A stretch of 62,877 bases of DNA, counting the filler, from Collodictyon triciliatum (Eukaryota): assembly GCA_043381765.1 (NCBI GenBank). It is 13 parts of 13 records of this genome, joined end to end, with 100 filler letters (N's around TTAATTAATTAA, not from the genome) between each part and the next. Parts side by side here need not be neighbours in the genome. Positions count along the whole stretch, not along the records: positions 21,880 to 26,370 come from JBHJMP010005262.1; positions 26,471 to 31,830 come from JBHJMP010005264.1; positions 31,931 to 37,289 come from JBHJMP010005265.1; positions 37,390 to 42,747 come from JBHJMP010005266.1; 9 more parts are not named here. One strand, written 5' to 3'. Shown in pieces: positions 25,653 to 39,135 of this stretch. Within the stretch, counting starts at the first letter, position 1; each line of letters begins with the position of its first letter. Both the position numbers and the translations under genes were made by a program. The notes beneath the pieces were generated by a model. It saw only the letters and a program-made list of their open reading frames with translations. It did not search any database and was not told the origin of the DNA.

Positions 25653-26216
25653 AGACACACAACGTATATATGCACAAAAAGACAAGATCTGCATGGATGT
25701 AAACAGAAAGGTCAGGCAAGAGATGGTAAGTTGCTGCGCAATACTGAGATGGAAATGAATTAAACACAGGCGATTGCTAACGAAACTGTTATCTAATCTT
25801 CTTGTGATGAACGAAGAGAGGTGTGAGAATGTGTCGTGCGATATCTCCCCCAGCATATCCAACCCCTGCTACCCACGCAACCAATCAACCAGTTGGGACG
25901 CCCGCCTGACCAACTTGATATCACTGATTTCTTTCCAGTGCTAACCTCTCCACATTAGTGTCATCTCTTACTCGCGTTTGCTCTCTTACATTCGCACCTT
26001 TCTCGCCCGTTTATATGGCGTTACTTTCTTACGCTTTGAATCGAATAGGAACAAAAAGAGAATCAAAAATCCTGGCGTGATGGGGATTGACAGGCCAATA
26101 CGAAAGCAGATTTCTTTCTTGCTTGCCATAATTTCCAGAAAAGCATAAATGTCGCTTTGGCCGGATGTTTGTCCTTTTCCCGTCTCGAATGATCCCACAA
26201 ACGCCACGGATGTGAT

Positions 26217-26276
<60 letters not shown>

Positions 26277-26298
26277 CAAAAAAGGAAAAAAAAGGGTT

Positions 26299-26341
<43 letters not shown>

Positions 26342-26470
26342 CTCTATTCTTTTTTTCTTTTTTTTTTTTTNNNNNNNNNNNNNNNNNNNNNNNNNNNNNN
26401 NNNNNNNNNNNNNNTTAATTAATTAANNNNNNNNNNNNNNNNNNNNNNNNNNNNNNNNNNNNNNNNNNNN

Positions 26471-26590
26471 ATCATATCATTTCATATCATATCATATCAT
26501 ATCATATCATATCATATCATATCATATCATATCATATCATATCATATCATATCATATCATATCATATCATATCATATCATATCATATCAT
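26471..26590. repeat. (ATATC)n microsatellite
   Basis: Direct reading. Confidence 0.95.
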
Positions 26591-26868
26591 ACCATGCCAT
26601 GCAATGCAATGCCATGTCATGTAATGTTTATCTCATAATTCGCTCCCCATTAAACATGTTCGTATGGAATGTTGTAATTATGCTATTAATTACATTTCCG
26701 CTTAAATCCTAATCGATACATCAAACTATAATCTTTCTGATTTTCCATACATCATGTGCATTTTGTCATATCACAATGTGCTGCATGTAAACAAAGAAAC
26801 TCATGCAACTTGGTCCAGATGTACACATAATAAATATGAAAATAGTGACTTTTTTATATAAAAATAGA

Positions 26869-27459
26869 CTGTTCAAGATGCCGTGGTTAAAGAAGGTAAA
26901 AAGTCTCCGCTCGGAATTAGCTCGCCAGTTTTGATTAATGGACATGCCCCAATGGCCGTCGATGAAAGTGATGATCCCTCTGTCGTTGTGATGGTAGATC
27001 CTGCACTGGATGTAGAATCTGCCACTAATTATGAAACTAGCGAGGTTGTTGACGTCCCAGATGAGGAGGAGGTGAACGAATCCAACGCAAATGTGCTAAA
27101 CGTTTCAAGCAGACTGACTCGCTTTGAGCACTCGGATTCATCAGATAGCGAGGACCCGTTCCACCACTTATCTGTTACACAACTGATAGACACACCAATT
27201 CAAAGAGCATCCGTCTCAAAGCCAGTTTATGTCAATGTCCCGGCACTAGATAGACGAACTACACGAAATATGAAAGGCAAGAATGTATGTAGCTCATCCA
27301 CATATTATTGTTTATACTCTTTCCATTTCTTTCCCTATCTGCGATTAGTTTTGTGAGGCCTTTTCAGACTATTTTAAAATTAAAGTAATCAATCAGCGTT
27401 GTAAGCAATTAGGATTTAATTGTTTATAGATGTAATTTATTGGCTGATTGTATCATCGC

Positions 27460-27548
<89 letters not shown>

Positions 27549-29384
27549 TTACTTTCATTGCTCACAATATAGAGTATTTCAAAGTCGTCTAAGAAATCTT
27601 CAATCTCAAAACCATCGACCAAAAGATCTATGACTTCAAATGAGGATATCCAATCTTATCCTAAGTCTGCTGAGAAAACTTGTACAAATCTTACGTCACA
27701 TCCTAAACAATCAACAAAGCCATCTAGAATGACAGCCAAAAAGGCCAAAAATAGTACTTCAGAAAACATCACACATTCACAATCAAAATCGACATTAGAA
27801 CCGGCATCAAAAATGCAAGCAAGACCTCAAACTAAAAATATGCCGAAAAATGCTGATACAAACATTAAAAGTCAGTTAGCATCATCTCACAAACTTGAGG
27901 ACACCTCAAATCCTTCTCGGATGTCAACAAGGTCCACAAATGTATTAAAGTCCCAAAATACATCTAAATCTACCAAGGAATTAAAAAAAACCATAGGAAC
28001 AGAATTGCCTATTCTAAAAAAATCTATGCCTCCCAACGAAACAAAAAGTAGAGGGAGACTTGAGAAAAATACGTCGACACTTAATCAAAGTGAAGCCAAC
28101 ATCTCATCAGTTCACCAGCAAAAAGGGAAGAAAGCTAATACAAAGAAAATGCAGGAAACAATCAAAATTACCAATAAAGAAGCGACCAAATTAATCACAT
28201 CGATGTCCACAGATCAAGATGTAAAAATACACATACAAGAAGAGGTTAATTTCATCACTTTTTTTTATTTCGTAATTACTTTCTCTGATTTGTTCGATGC
28301 GTTTGATGCCATCATAATGCCGCAATATGATTCTCATGTTGAAAAATAGAAAGGAAATAATGTTATTTCTGATGTTTTTTTTTTAGAAAATAAAAAAAAT
28401 CAGCATCCCTTTACACCAGAATTTAAACTCTTTCAGTAATTCTGCCAAACAGTTTTGAAAAAATTTGTTTGTAGTCATTTCTCAATTAACTTCCAAACCA
28501 TAGTTGACAGACTCCAATGATTCTGTTATGAATACATCAAGGATATCAAGTCGTGGTCGAGTGATAATGAAACCACTGGAGTATTGGAGAAATGAGCGTG
28601 TTGAAATAGGTAAAGGCGGCACATCAGTCGGGATATCAAAAGGATCACCAGACTATATAACATCTCCAGGTATTTCATTTTGTTTTTATTTCTGCTATTC
28701 ACTTCATATCTATTGGTAAAGGAGAGTGATATGTTCCACATCAAAGACCATCAAATACAACTTTCTTTGCAATTCCTAAATGTGCTCTTCATCTCTTACC
28801 TAACATACACGATTCAAAAGGTGTAGTCTGCAGGAAGAGAAAAAAATCAAAAGTATCCCCGAGTCAAATAAATGGGCTCAAGTCAAGCAGAAGTATTTTC
28901 TTTCCATTTTTCGACTCTTCATTATCTTGTCTTCTGAATAGTATGCAAACGAAGAAAAAAACAAATATTATGATAAAAGTGTGTTTTAAAATTAAAATCA
29001 ATCGCCAAAGAATCTAAGGTTGTATTCAAGAGTTCGCCCGAAGCAACCATTCGAACTGTATCAAATCCGTCGAACAATAGAAAAAAGTCATCAAAAGCCC
29101 CTCCTGACTGGGAGAAGCTAAGTGAAAGTAGTGATGACATGGCGACCACACAATCAGTCACATTGTCCTCTTTATCCAAAAATAAGACGACGCTAAGCTT
29201 TAGTACGAACAAATCAGAGATGGATACTGACGGTTGGTCTCGCATGGTAACCAGCAACAAAACCATATTTTTGAAAATATACTTTGTGCTACTTTTAACT
29301 AGTAGTAGATTGAATCCATTCAAATTATCTCAAAATATATCGAGAATAATTTTGTAAATTATCAGGTATCGGGTTTAAGATTAT

Positions 29385-29454
<70 letters not shown>

Positions 29455-30740
29455 TTATGGTGTTATCTCATTCGCTCGAGCGAGAGAATAATCAAAGAGC
29501 TAGTAATAAGACATTTTTTTAAAAAATATTTAGAGTAAATCATTTCATACAGGAAATCACCAATTTAAGAATGAGCGTTTTGTCCATGAATCCGACGAAT
29601 TCTCACTTTTGGGAAGATGTGGCACAGATGATGCCCGGACGGACAGTGGACGAATGCTACCGGAAATATAATGCTGTTTATAGGCGTGAGTTTAAACCAA
29701 ATTATAGTAACATATATATTACAAGGATTCTTTGGACTTCTGGATATGTGCCTTTAATTTTTTTACTATGCACATATCATTTTTGTTTTAAAGAAAGGGA
29801 GCTAGAATCATACAATAAAAAACATTTCATCAGTTTATCAATTGCCTTTCTATTTCTCTCCCAATTATATATACGAATAAAGATTTTTGCGCATTCGTCA
29901 GCAAATATTACACATTTTCTTGTCCAAAAGGTAAAACACAATAAAATATCTCTTATGAATCCTCTAGGAGCTAACAGCAAAATTGACGAGAAGAGAACCA
30001 CAGAGCCGCCCTCGAATCCTCTAGAGAAGCAAGAACTACGCATCGAGGGTGGAGCAGGGACTTTGAAACTGAAGCGAGCGATTCGGCACGTGATACAGGT
30101 ATCCGAGAAGAACCACAACGACGACATATTTGAGTCCACGCCGATGAAAGCACAGACCATAACACCCAGTCGCTCGTATCTCCTCAATACCTCATATGAA
30201 GGCTTTGTGGTTCCAGCTTCTGGAAAAAAGGTATTCGCTCAATCCACATAAACAAATGCAAACACATACAAACGTACCAATACACAGAAAAGCGTGCATC
30301 GCTGAGGAAATAACCGTGGTAAACGTGTTACTCATTTACCTCGCCTACAAAAAAGATAGCCTACTGCACATGTCATAAATGAAACAAATATGAAAGCTCG
30401 CTGTGCATTACCTATCTCATATTTTTACCCCTCTATAGCCCGACGAAATCACCCCAATCAAATCTCTCGAGTCTAGCTTCGACTCAGATAATCTGTTCAA
30501 CTCCGACCCCTACCAAGCAACAGACCATTCTAAAATTGACGCATACATCCACAAAATCCAGCAGAAGCGCAAAGTTACAACCAGCAGCAGGGTATCGCCC
30601 ACCACTATTTAACTATCATACCGGCAATTCTCCACATACATACATACATACATACATACATACATACATACATACATACATACATACATACATACATACA
30701 TACATACATACATACATACATACATACATACATACATACA

Positions 30741-30824
<84 letters not shown>

Positions 30825-31064
30825 AGCCCACTCAGCGGCTGAATTTATAACCAGACGACCTCCCGAAAGCAACTGCGAACGCCCATCGCATCACCAGTGT
30901 CAACAACAAAACGGGCCCGCCAAAGTGCTAGCTTCTCGCGTGATGTCAAAAAAGTCATGGAGCAGAACGGAGTCTCGCTCACGCAAAGACAAAGTCGAAA
31001 CGATACATCCGACACCGAAGAACAGGAAGGCTCCTTTTGGTCAGATGCAGAGGAAGATGCATAG
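26869..31064 (+). CDS. MIS18BP1: M18BP1/KNL2 (Mis18-binding protein 1) homolog, 5' truncated
   Basis: CENP-C-like motif SSRGRVIMKPLEYWRNERV (~28549-28602). SANT/Myb domain WSRM/EITNLRMSVLSMNPTNSHFWEDVAQMMPGRTVDECYRKY. Then GAGTLKLKRAIRHVI...NDDIFESTP, IDAYIHKIQ and an acidic end EEQEGSFWSDAEEDA*, in the same order as vertebrate M18BP1. Confidence 0.8.
30635..30825. repeat. Compound (ACAT)n(AAGA)n intronic microsatellite
   Basis: Direct reading. Confidence 0.95.
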
Positions 31065-31335
31065 CCCACCATACAAAGACAAACTCTTGCACAGACAGAC
31101 AACCACGAAAACATAAAGATATACTCCCAAAATAAGAATATGGCGTAAACGAGGACAACAAAAACCAACAACAAAGCACAAAAGTCAGGGATATCCAAAA
31201 AGTCGCCGAGGCAGGACGAAACCGTGTTCCGGACGCTGAAGTTAAGGTCGGTAAGCAAGCAGGCGAACCAGTTCTCTACCGGAGCACACATAGCATCGGC
31301 ACAAATACCGCACTCAGCACAGAAGCAGCGAAACG

Positions 31336-31726
31336 ATGCAGGCGGACGTTCTGTGGAGTGAGCTTGAAGCACGCTTTCACTTTTCCCAGCGATTGGCGAC
31401 TACCGAAGACGCGGAGCCGCACGCGACAAACGGCGAAGCGAGTCGGCCACTGAGTCGCCAGGAACGCATCGACTTTGTCAAAGAGCGGTGGTTGGCGCGA
31501 GGCAGCGGCGGTGGCGAAGGGGATTGTGGCGACGACGAAGAAGGCGAGGACCAGGACGAGGCAGAAGGGCTTGCTGATCGGGACGCGGCAGGCGATTTGG
31601 TCGGCAGGGCGAGTGTGGTGGATGCTGCAAAGGCCAAGCGTGTGGACGCTGTGACGTTGGCGGATCCTTCCCTTGTCTCCTACCGTGATCTGCTTCGACC
31701 GACGCAAGAGTTGGCCATAACAACGG
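31336..31726 (+). CDS. First exon of a hypothetical protein (truncated)
   Basis: GC-rich ATG-initiated ORF ending at a GT donor before a (TATG)n tract and the contig end. Confidence 0.5.
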
Positions 31727-32438
31727 GTTTGTTTTGTTTTGTTTTGTATGTATGTATGTATGTATGTATGTATGTATGTATGTATGTATGTATGTATGTA
31801 TGTATGTATGTATGTATGTATGTATGTATGNNNNNNNNNNNNNNNNNNNNNNNNNNNNNNNNNNNNNNNNNNNNTTAATTAATTAANNNNNNNNNNNNNN
31901 NNNNNNNNNNNNNNNNNNNNNNNNNNNNNNGAGAGAAAAGAGAGAGAAAAGAGAGAGAAAAGAGAGAGAAAAGAGAGAGAAAAGAGAGAGAAAAGAGAGA
32001 GAAAAGAGAGAGAAAAGAGAGAGAAAAGAGAGAGAGAAGTTGAAAGACCTTGATGAAGGCGTCAAAACAGATCACGTCGCCACCCGCTGCCACAACAGAT
32101 GAATCAGAAATGCTTCTTGCACTCTGCAAAATTTATTTTCCACACATATCTACTTTCATAGAAAACTGAGAGAAGAATTGAAATGTGTCACTAAACTCGA
32201 AAGAGAAAGTTTCTGAGCACAGAAGACAAAGAGCAGCACAAAAGTAAAATAGAACAAGTGTAAACTCCAACGACAACAGTAGCGAAGCGATCCACAGCAT
32301 CTCTGAGCAAGCAAGAGGAAAACTGTTAGAGACCAATGAATAACAAACGTTTTTAGGGATAGAAAGGAGCTGCATATTGGGAGCCTGACCAAAGCGATAT
32401 AATAAAATTCTTAGGCAAGGCAAAGGACACAGGGAATC

Positions 32439-35400
32439 ATGCCTCCAAAAAGCGAGCCGTCGGTAGCGTCTAGAGGGAGTCGAATCCAATACACAGAAGC
32501 CAAGAGACATGGAAAGCTTCTACGGATGCATGTTCGTTCCTTGAAAGGAATGAAACCAGCAGAATCCTCATTTTTTTCAGACGAACTTTCTCAATATCAA
32601 ACGGTCGGACACGATGAAAATGGAGCAGTATTCCATGACGGACACGAGAATCTAGCAAAAATCATCGAATATATTGAAAGAATCGAAGGCTTAAAAAGCC
32701 AGTACCCTATGTTTCAATTAAACGCGAGGACTATGCGGTGATATTTGAGTTAATATGCTACCTTTATATCATTGACTTTTTCACTTACTTGATTCTACTT
32801 TGCAGGTTTGTTGATAGGGAAATGGAAAAAACTTACGAATTAGGGTTAACAAGGGTTTCGTCGCTGATAGCATTCGTTTTTTCCTTTATGGCATCGATGT
32901 ATTCCGCAACTATGGCATATTATCGGTAATTGTTAATTCTTTACTACGATGCAGATATATTTTGAAATTTAAATGATTTAATTCAATATCAACTGCCATC
33001 AACTAAAAACTGTAATGAAGAATAAAAAAATATTATTCAAAACCGTAGGTTTCTCAGAGAGAATGAAGCAGCCATGATTTTGTATTGTGCAATATCAACG
33101 TGCTGCGCAGTTTTTTCCCTAATGTTTTTCTTATCATACCACATTAAGTCGAATAAAAAGCCACAGTGCGTATTTTTCAATTTCAATTATATATTTGATA
33201 AATTTTGATGGTTTAACTTTTCATTCATCTTCATTTTATTTTGAACTGACTTTTTATTTTCATAGATACTACTTTCGACTCCACGGGCTAATATTCCTCA
33301 TCACTGTTGTTTTGTTATCGTTTATAATTATATTATATACGAAAGACAGAACATTGGCAGAAATAGAGTTTATGATAATGGTTTGTTATTGTCTCGATAA
33401 AAAATTGTTTATTCTATCCATAAATTTGTTAGTGGCGATAATCGTGACATCTAAAATATCTCAAAAGGTCTTTGTAGTCGCACTTCCAGGATACTTTGAA
33501 TGGCAAAGAGTGATTACAATAGTTGGGAATATTCTTCCTTTCATACTATTTCTAGTCAAGAAGGCCAATTTTTTCGTTATGTACCGCGCGATGAACACAC
33601 TGCTCATCAATTCATTTGTTAACTTATTTCTTTTAAAAGACTTAGAAAGGCAAAGAAGAAGGTTAATGAATTACTTTCAGGTTAATATCATTTTCAATTT
33701 CTGATAAGAAGCAAAATAGCTCGTTTTACTACCAGGAAAAAATGCATCACTTGAAAAAGAGACTGTCAGAATCCAGGAGGAGAACTAGAACACTCCTTTC
33801 GAATCTATATCCAAAGTATGTGATTATCAAATATCAAATGATTTTCGCTTTATTATATCAAATGAGTATGAAAAAATATCAAAGGAACTAAGTATCATCC
33901 ACAGGCCCGTGATAAATACGATTGTCCGAGAACACAATGATAATCCGGTGTTTGAATCGGAAGCCTGTTGTGTACTTCTGATAGAAATACTCATTACCGA
34001 TAGCATTCAAGAGGATATATATAATTTAAGGGACGAAATTGACGAAAAATTCGAGTAATATTTGTATTCAATGAATATAATTAAATTTCAAAACAAATCG
34101 AAATAAATCTAATTAAAACTGGTTTTATTTGACAGGTACATCAGCCAAGAAATTGACAGGTACGTTTTATTATTCTGTCATAGGTGTTATAACACTAATA
34201 TTCGTAAAATTAGATTTAAGGCTCACAAGATATGCACAACTGGTATTTTACACTTATTATTTTTGATTGCATCCAACCATGCATGCATCAATATTTTTAC
34301 ATACACTAACGATAATATTACCACAGGACTTACAATACAGGTATTTGTGAACATCAACAAATCAAAAAAGCAATACTTTCAAAAATTTTCGCTACTTAAT
34401 GCAAGTCATATTTTATAGTGTATAACAGGTTTATTCGGAGAGTCGATTGTTGATGTAATAGAGCTTTCAAATAACATCGTTCGAAGGGCTTGGCAAACTT
34501 CATCAATATATGTTTGGATTTTTTTTTAATATTACCCAAAAAAAATTTCCATTATTCGATTCATGGAATATTTCGCAAATTTTAATTAATTTATTGATGG
34601 AATTAAAAACAGACATCAGTGCGAATCGGTATTGGCTATGGACGTGTGAAGGGTACAATGATTCACTACTCTCAAATGTCGTTCAGCATACTCGGAGAAG
34701 GTTCGTAATTATTTTTTCCGAAAATTCTTGATAAATATCTAATTTTTGAATAGGTATATCCGAGGCAAGAGAGTGTTTAGATAATGCCTCATATTGGGAA
34801 ATTTGTATCAGTGATAACGCAAAAGAGGCTTACCTAGGGATATACAATAGAAAGGTAAAAAACTATCTTCTGTAGCAATTTTATTTCAAAATCTTTTTTA
34901 CTGAAACTTTTTTCTAGGAAGAGCTCATTTTATTCAGAGGGAAAACAAAGTGTACAGATACACCGAAATATATCATATTTACACCAAGTAACGCCGAAAT
35001 TAGTGGAATATACACCCATAATGAAGTGGGGTACAAAGCACCAAAAGTGAATGATACTAGTGATTCAACCGATGAATTAGAGGTTTTAACAAAACTACCT
35101 AAAATGTACCTTATAACGAATTTATATTCTGTAAAATAAATATTTTAAAAATTAATTGCATTCTTCGAATATAAAAATAGTCTCAGACTGAAGGAGCGGA
35201 CCCTTTTATCAAAACTTGGAAGGAAAGAGGGCTTAGGGCTTTCGTGGGAGATTTTAGATTCAAAAGTGAAAAGGACGAAAAAGAGTACCAAGAAAGTCTA
35301 TGCACAAGGGGGAAAATAGACGCTGTTTTGTACGAATTGAATGCTGTTTTTATATGTTATGAAGTATGAAAAGATTAATATTATTAATAATCCAGGGTTC

Positions 35401-37289
35401 TACTATCTGCAGTCACTCTTGGGGCCTTATTATACGGTGGCGTAGACCTGAGCTTGCTATCTTCGATATCAGTTGAACATGAGCTCATGAATATCAGCTT
35501 CATTTACTTTCGATACTACTGCCTTTTACCGATTATGATTTTTGGATGCCTGTCACTGTATTTTCACAGAGAAGATATCCAATACAACAACGAAACGTCT
35601 TTTAAAAACATACCCTACATAATTGGTTCTCTTTATGCCACATATGTTTTGGTGAAAACCCAAATTATTTTTTCGGAGAAAGAATACGTTGAAATGTATA
35701 TAATAGAACAAAATTCATACTTTTACATCGAAATCCTGAAGATCGGTATTTTATTCGTATCTGTTGTTTGGGTTGTTCCATTTTATGCCGCAATTCAGAT
35801 TGGGCTTTGGACTCTCTCCTCAAGCTTTCTGATAATAAAATATTCTCAAAATATTGGGTGAGGAACACATCGACACATCAATTCTTATTTTATTTGAATA
35901 TCAATATTAATGTTAATTACTTTCGTGTGAATAAAAACTCCATTTTATTAGATTGCTCGAAACTGATGTAATTATATGTATATTCGTCATCACTATCGTT
36001 CCTATGAGCGTTTGTTTGGTGATGATGAGCTTCCGAGACTACTATTATCGAAAACAATACTTGAGCCGAAAAAGATTGCAAAAGGTTTGCCAATAAACCA
36101 CTTTCAATATGAATGATGAAACAATTTTTTGTATTATTAAGAAAAATAGCTGTTGATATCGCTCTGAAAATTTCACAGGTTCTGAGTGAGATGGCTGAAG
36201 AAAAAGAGAGGATGGAAATCCTTCTGAAATCCACACTCCCAACAGAGTCCCGCGAAAGCATGAAGGAGATATGTTTCTTCAATTATATGGAGGATGCCCT
36301 CTTCATCAGAGTAGAAATGAGGCAAATGAGTAACCCTGATGCCCAGCAAAGTAGCAGTATGTTCTGTACCATATCAGGTTTACTTACATTATGTAAAAAA
36401 AGAAGAAATTAGCTTACATCGAACAAATCAATACTTTGACCTTTTTTTAAAAGCATCTTATAATTGCAAAGACATAATTAAGAGAGTCGAAAGGGAATGC
36501 AGTCCATTAGGAACAGAAGTTCTCTGTGCATCGGCCGAAACAATTTTGGCATGTTTCCTTCTTCTGTTTTGTTTTGTTTTGTAATCGCCAGCGAATAATT
36601 CCAAGTATCAATATTAAACAATTTTTTTTCAGGTGGTGCAAGTACACAAACGAGCGAAAATTAAATCAAATAACCACGAAGATATAGGCAGTGTCATACA
36701 AGCTTATATTCACGTAAGAATTATGCCCTCAGAAGCGATTCGAATACAAAATCACTATTATTTACTTTTTTTTTTAATTATTCAAAACTGCAGCTCCAAA
36801 GAATGGTACAGCTGTTCTTGCAGGAGAAAACAACGTGCGATGCAGAAGCAACAATATACATCGACAAAGGAAATGTATCATTCGGAGTTATCGGTAATTT
36901 CCTTTCTCTTAATCCTTATTGCGTTTTAATATTTTAAAAATGCTTTGACAATAGGAAAAGAAATTTTTTCGTTCGGTTGCTTCGGCTCACCAGGTGTGGA
37001 TTTATTTAAATGAGATACGGTCGTGTTAAATATATAATATATATTTGCAAAATACAGTTCAAAATACATCAGCGATGTCGCATTTGGAGAAGAAAAACTG
37101 CGTCATAGTAAGGAAAAATCACGATTTCCGAATATTTACATACCCATATTGAATACTGAAGAAAAAAATTGAATGGTAGGTTACCGAAGCGCTGGCAACA
37201 ATCCTGAGAATGTCCAATACAACGGACATGGTATTTATCTCCGAGATAACAAAACCCGACACAGAAACAATCAAGGCATATGCCGTATA
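32439..37289 (+). CDS. Transmembrane adenylyl/guanylyl cyclase-like protein (TM-C1-TM-C2), catalytically degenerate, 3' truncated
   Basis: Two TM blocks, each followed by a helix (TRTLLSNLYP; EKERMEILLKSTLP) and a class III cyclase fold: CCVLLIEI, AHKICTTG, SVRIGIGYGRVKG, FSILGEG...ICISD; and IDKGNVSFGVIG, FGCFGSPV...IVTE. Confidence 0.7.
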
Positions 37290-37473
37290 NNNNNNNNNNN
37301 NNNNNNNNNNNNNNNNNNNNNNNNNNNNNNNNNTTAATTAATTAANNNNNNNNNNNNNNNNNNNNNNNNNNNNNNNNNNNNNNNNNNNNTGAATGCATAC
37401 AACATAATATTAAAAAAAAAAAAAAAAAACGCATTATGTTAATAAAAAATTTTTTTGTTAAATTATTTTTTTT

Positions 37474-37504
<31 letters not shown>

Positions 37505-37524
37505 GTAAAGGAAGGCAGACAAAC

Positions 37525-38591
37525 CTTGCTGACATCACTGAAGTCGTGTAGCATATTGTTTTTCGGCCCAGACGTCTGAAGCTGATTTCCAGCTAATCCA
37601 ACCTTCAGAAGATATGAATGCCCGTGAGGTCTTCTGCATTTTCCATCGTGATGAACAAGCATGTGCCCAGCCTCAAATCGGTATTGTTTCTCCATAGAGA
37701 ACTGATTCCACTTTACATCTCCTGTTTCTAGGTGATCTAAAATATATCTAGTTATAGATATGCGCTTAATGGTGAACGCCAGAGAAAATAAAACTTCACA
37801 TTGAATCAAACGATAATGCAGACAAAGAAAAGTATATTTCTATTATTATTACTATTTTCATTTTCAAAAAAAAAAAAAAAAAACAGAATAAGTCATAACA
37901 TTAAATCACACACAGAAATCGTAATGACAAACTTGAATTATAGATAACTGGCTTTCCTGTACCGCACGGCGATGTGAGGTTATTATGTGCTTCTCCCCAC
38001 ACCGACTGCGCCTTGATTTTTTGGAGCTCCTTCAAGATTCGAAGCCGATGGCCCAATACCTTCACTTCAAGGTCCTTGTGTAGCATGTTTTCATCCAGCA
38101 TGTGCAAAACAGAGCCATCGATCTGCTGCGAGGCGAAGGCCTTGGCATACTTTTCGTCTGGGAAGAGCTGCTCCACATACTTTGCCACCTGTGCTGGGCT
38201 CCAGGAGGCAACCTGCCTGAGTTGCGTCGGTGTGTTTGGCTCCTTCTCGGCATTTGTTTGCCCTTCAGTAGAGTAAAAAGGATAGGCTCAAAACTTGCAC
38301 TCGGGTTGAGCGCTGGGATAGGAGCTCGGGGCTGCTGTTGAGAAAGACAAACAACAATAGAGAAGAGACGAGGAAGAACAAATAAAAAAAAATAACAAAA
38401 AAAATAACAAAAAAAATAACAAAAAAAATAACAAAAAAAAAAAGAACAAAAAGAGACAGGAACGCACCTTTAGAGTGGATCGAGCAGTTTATGTCTGTGC
38501 AAGCCTCGCTGGAGTGAGTGCGAAGCTGGGTTACCTGACACAGACGCTTCTTTGGTCCAAGCGCGAAGTTGCGAGTGATTCTGCAAAGCAT
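37525..38591 (-). CDS. queD: SAM domain-QueD/PTPS-I (6-carboxytetrahydropterin synthase-like) fusion with mitochondrial-like presequence, 3' truncated
   Basis: Exons 38591-38468, 38262-37963 and 37736-37525 join in frame. SAM domain WSPAQVAKYV...FASQQIDGSVLHMLDENMLHKDLEVKVLGHRLRILKEL. T-fold enzyme RFEAGHMLVHHDGKCRRPHGHSYLLKV...MLHDFSDV. Confidence 0.85.
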
Positions 38592-39135
38592 CCTTTCTTC
38601 CCGTCCTTCTTGCGGCGTTCGCCTATTCCAAGATTCAATAAGGGCTCCAAAAAACTTGATTGTTGCTGGTTGGCTGCTCCAAACACAAAAAAGAACATTC
38701 CATGAAAGAATCCGATTCCCGTGCTGTTCCGATAATCCTCCCGAGTGGCAGGGACGTCCAAATGCTCGTCCGTCCTTCCTTCCTTCCTTCCTTCTTTCTT
38801 TCTTGTCCCTCTCATGACATTATATTTCCTTACATCTTTCTTTAATCCTTTCTTGTTTTTCTTTCTTTCGTTATTCAAGCTCATCAAGGAACACATTCGG
38901 TGGTACGAACAAACTGCCGATTCCCACAAAAAAAAAAAAATTAAATAAAAATAGATGTATCGCACTAGAATGAGCTCCACGAAAAGGCTAATGAATTAAA
39001 TAGGCAATAAATCCAGAGACCGCAATACGACAGTGCTTCAAGATAGTTCTTTCATCCAGAGCTTTTGCTTATTTTGTCTGGTGTTTCATTAGGGGAGAAT
39101 ATATATTATCATTTGTCACTTATTTTCGCGTGTGT

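Noticed and set aside
38263-38336. In-frame UGA in a CKF* (CxxU-like) context upstream of the SAM domain, suggesting selenocysteine
   Set aside because: It appears only if the upstream CAG acceptor is used. The downstream acceptor at 38263 has a pyrimidine tract, keeps phase and removes the UGA. The 3' UTR is absent, so a SECIS cannot be checked.
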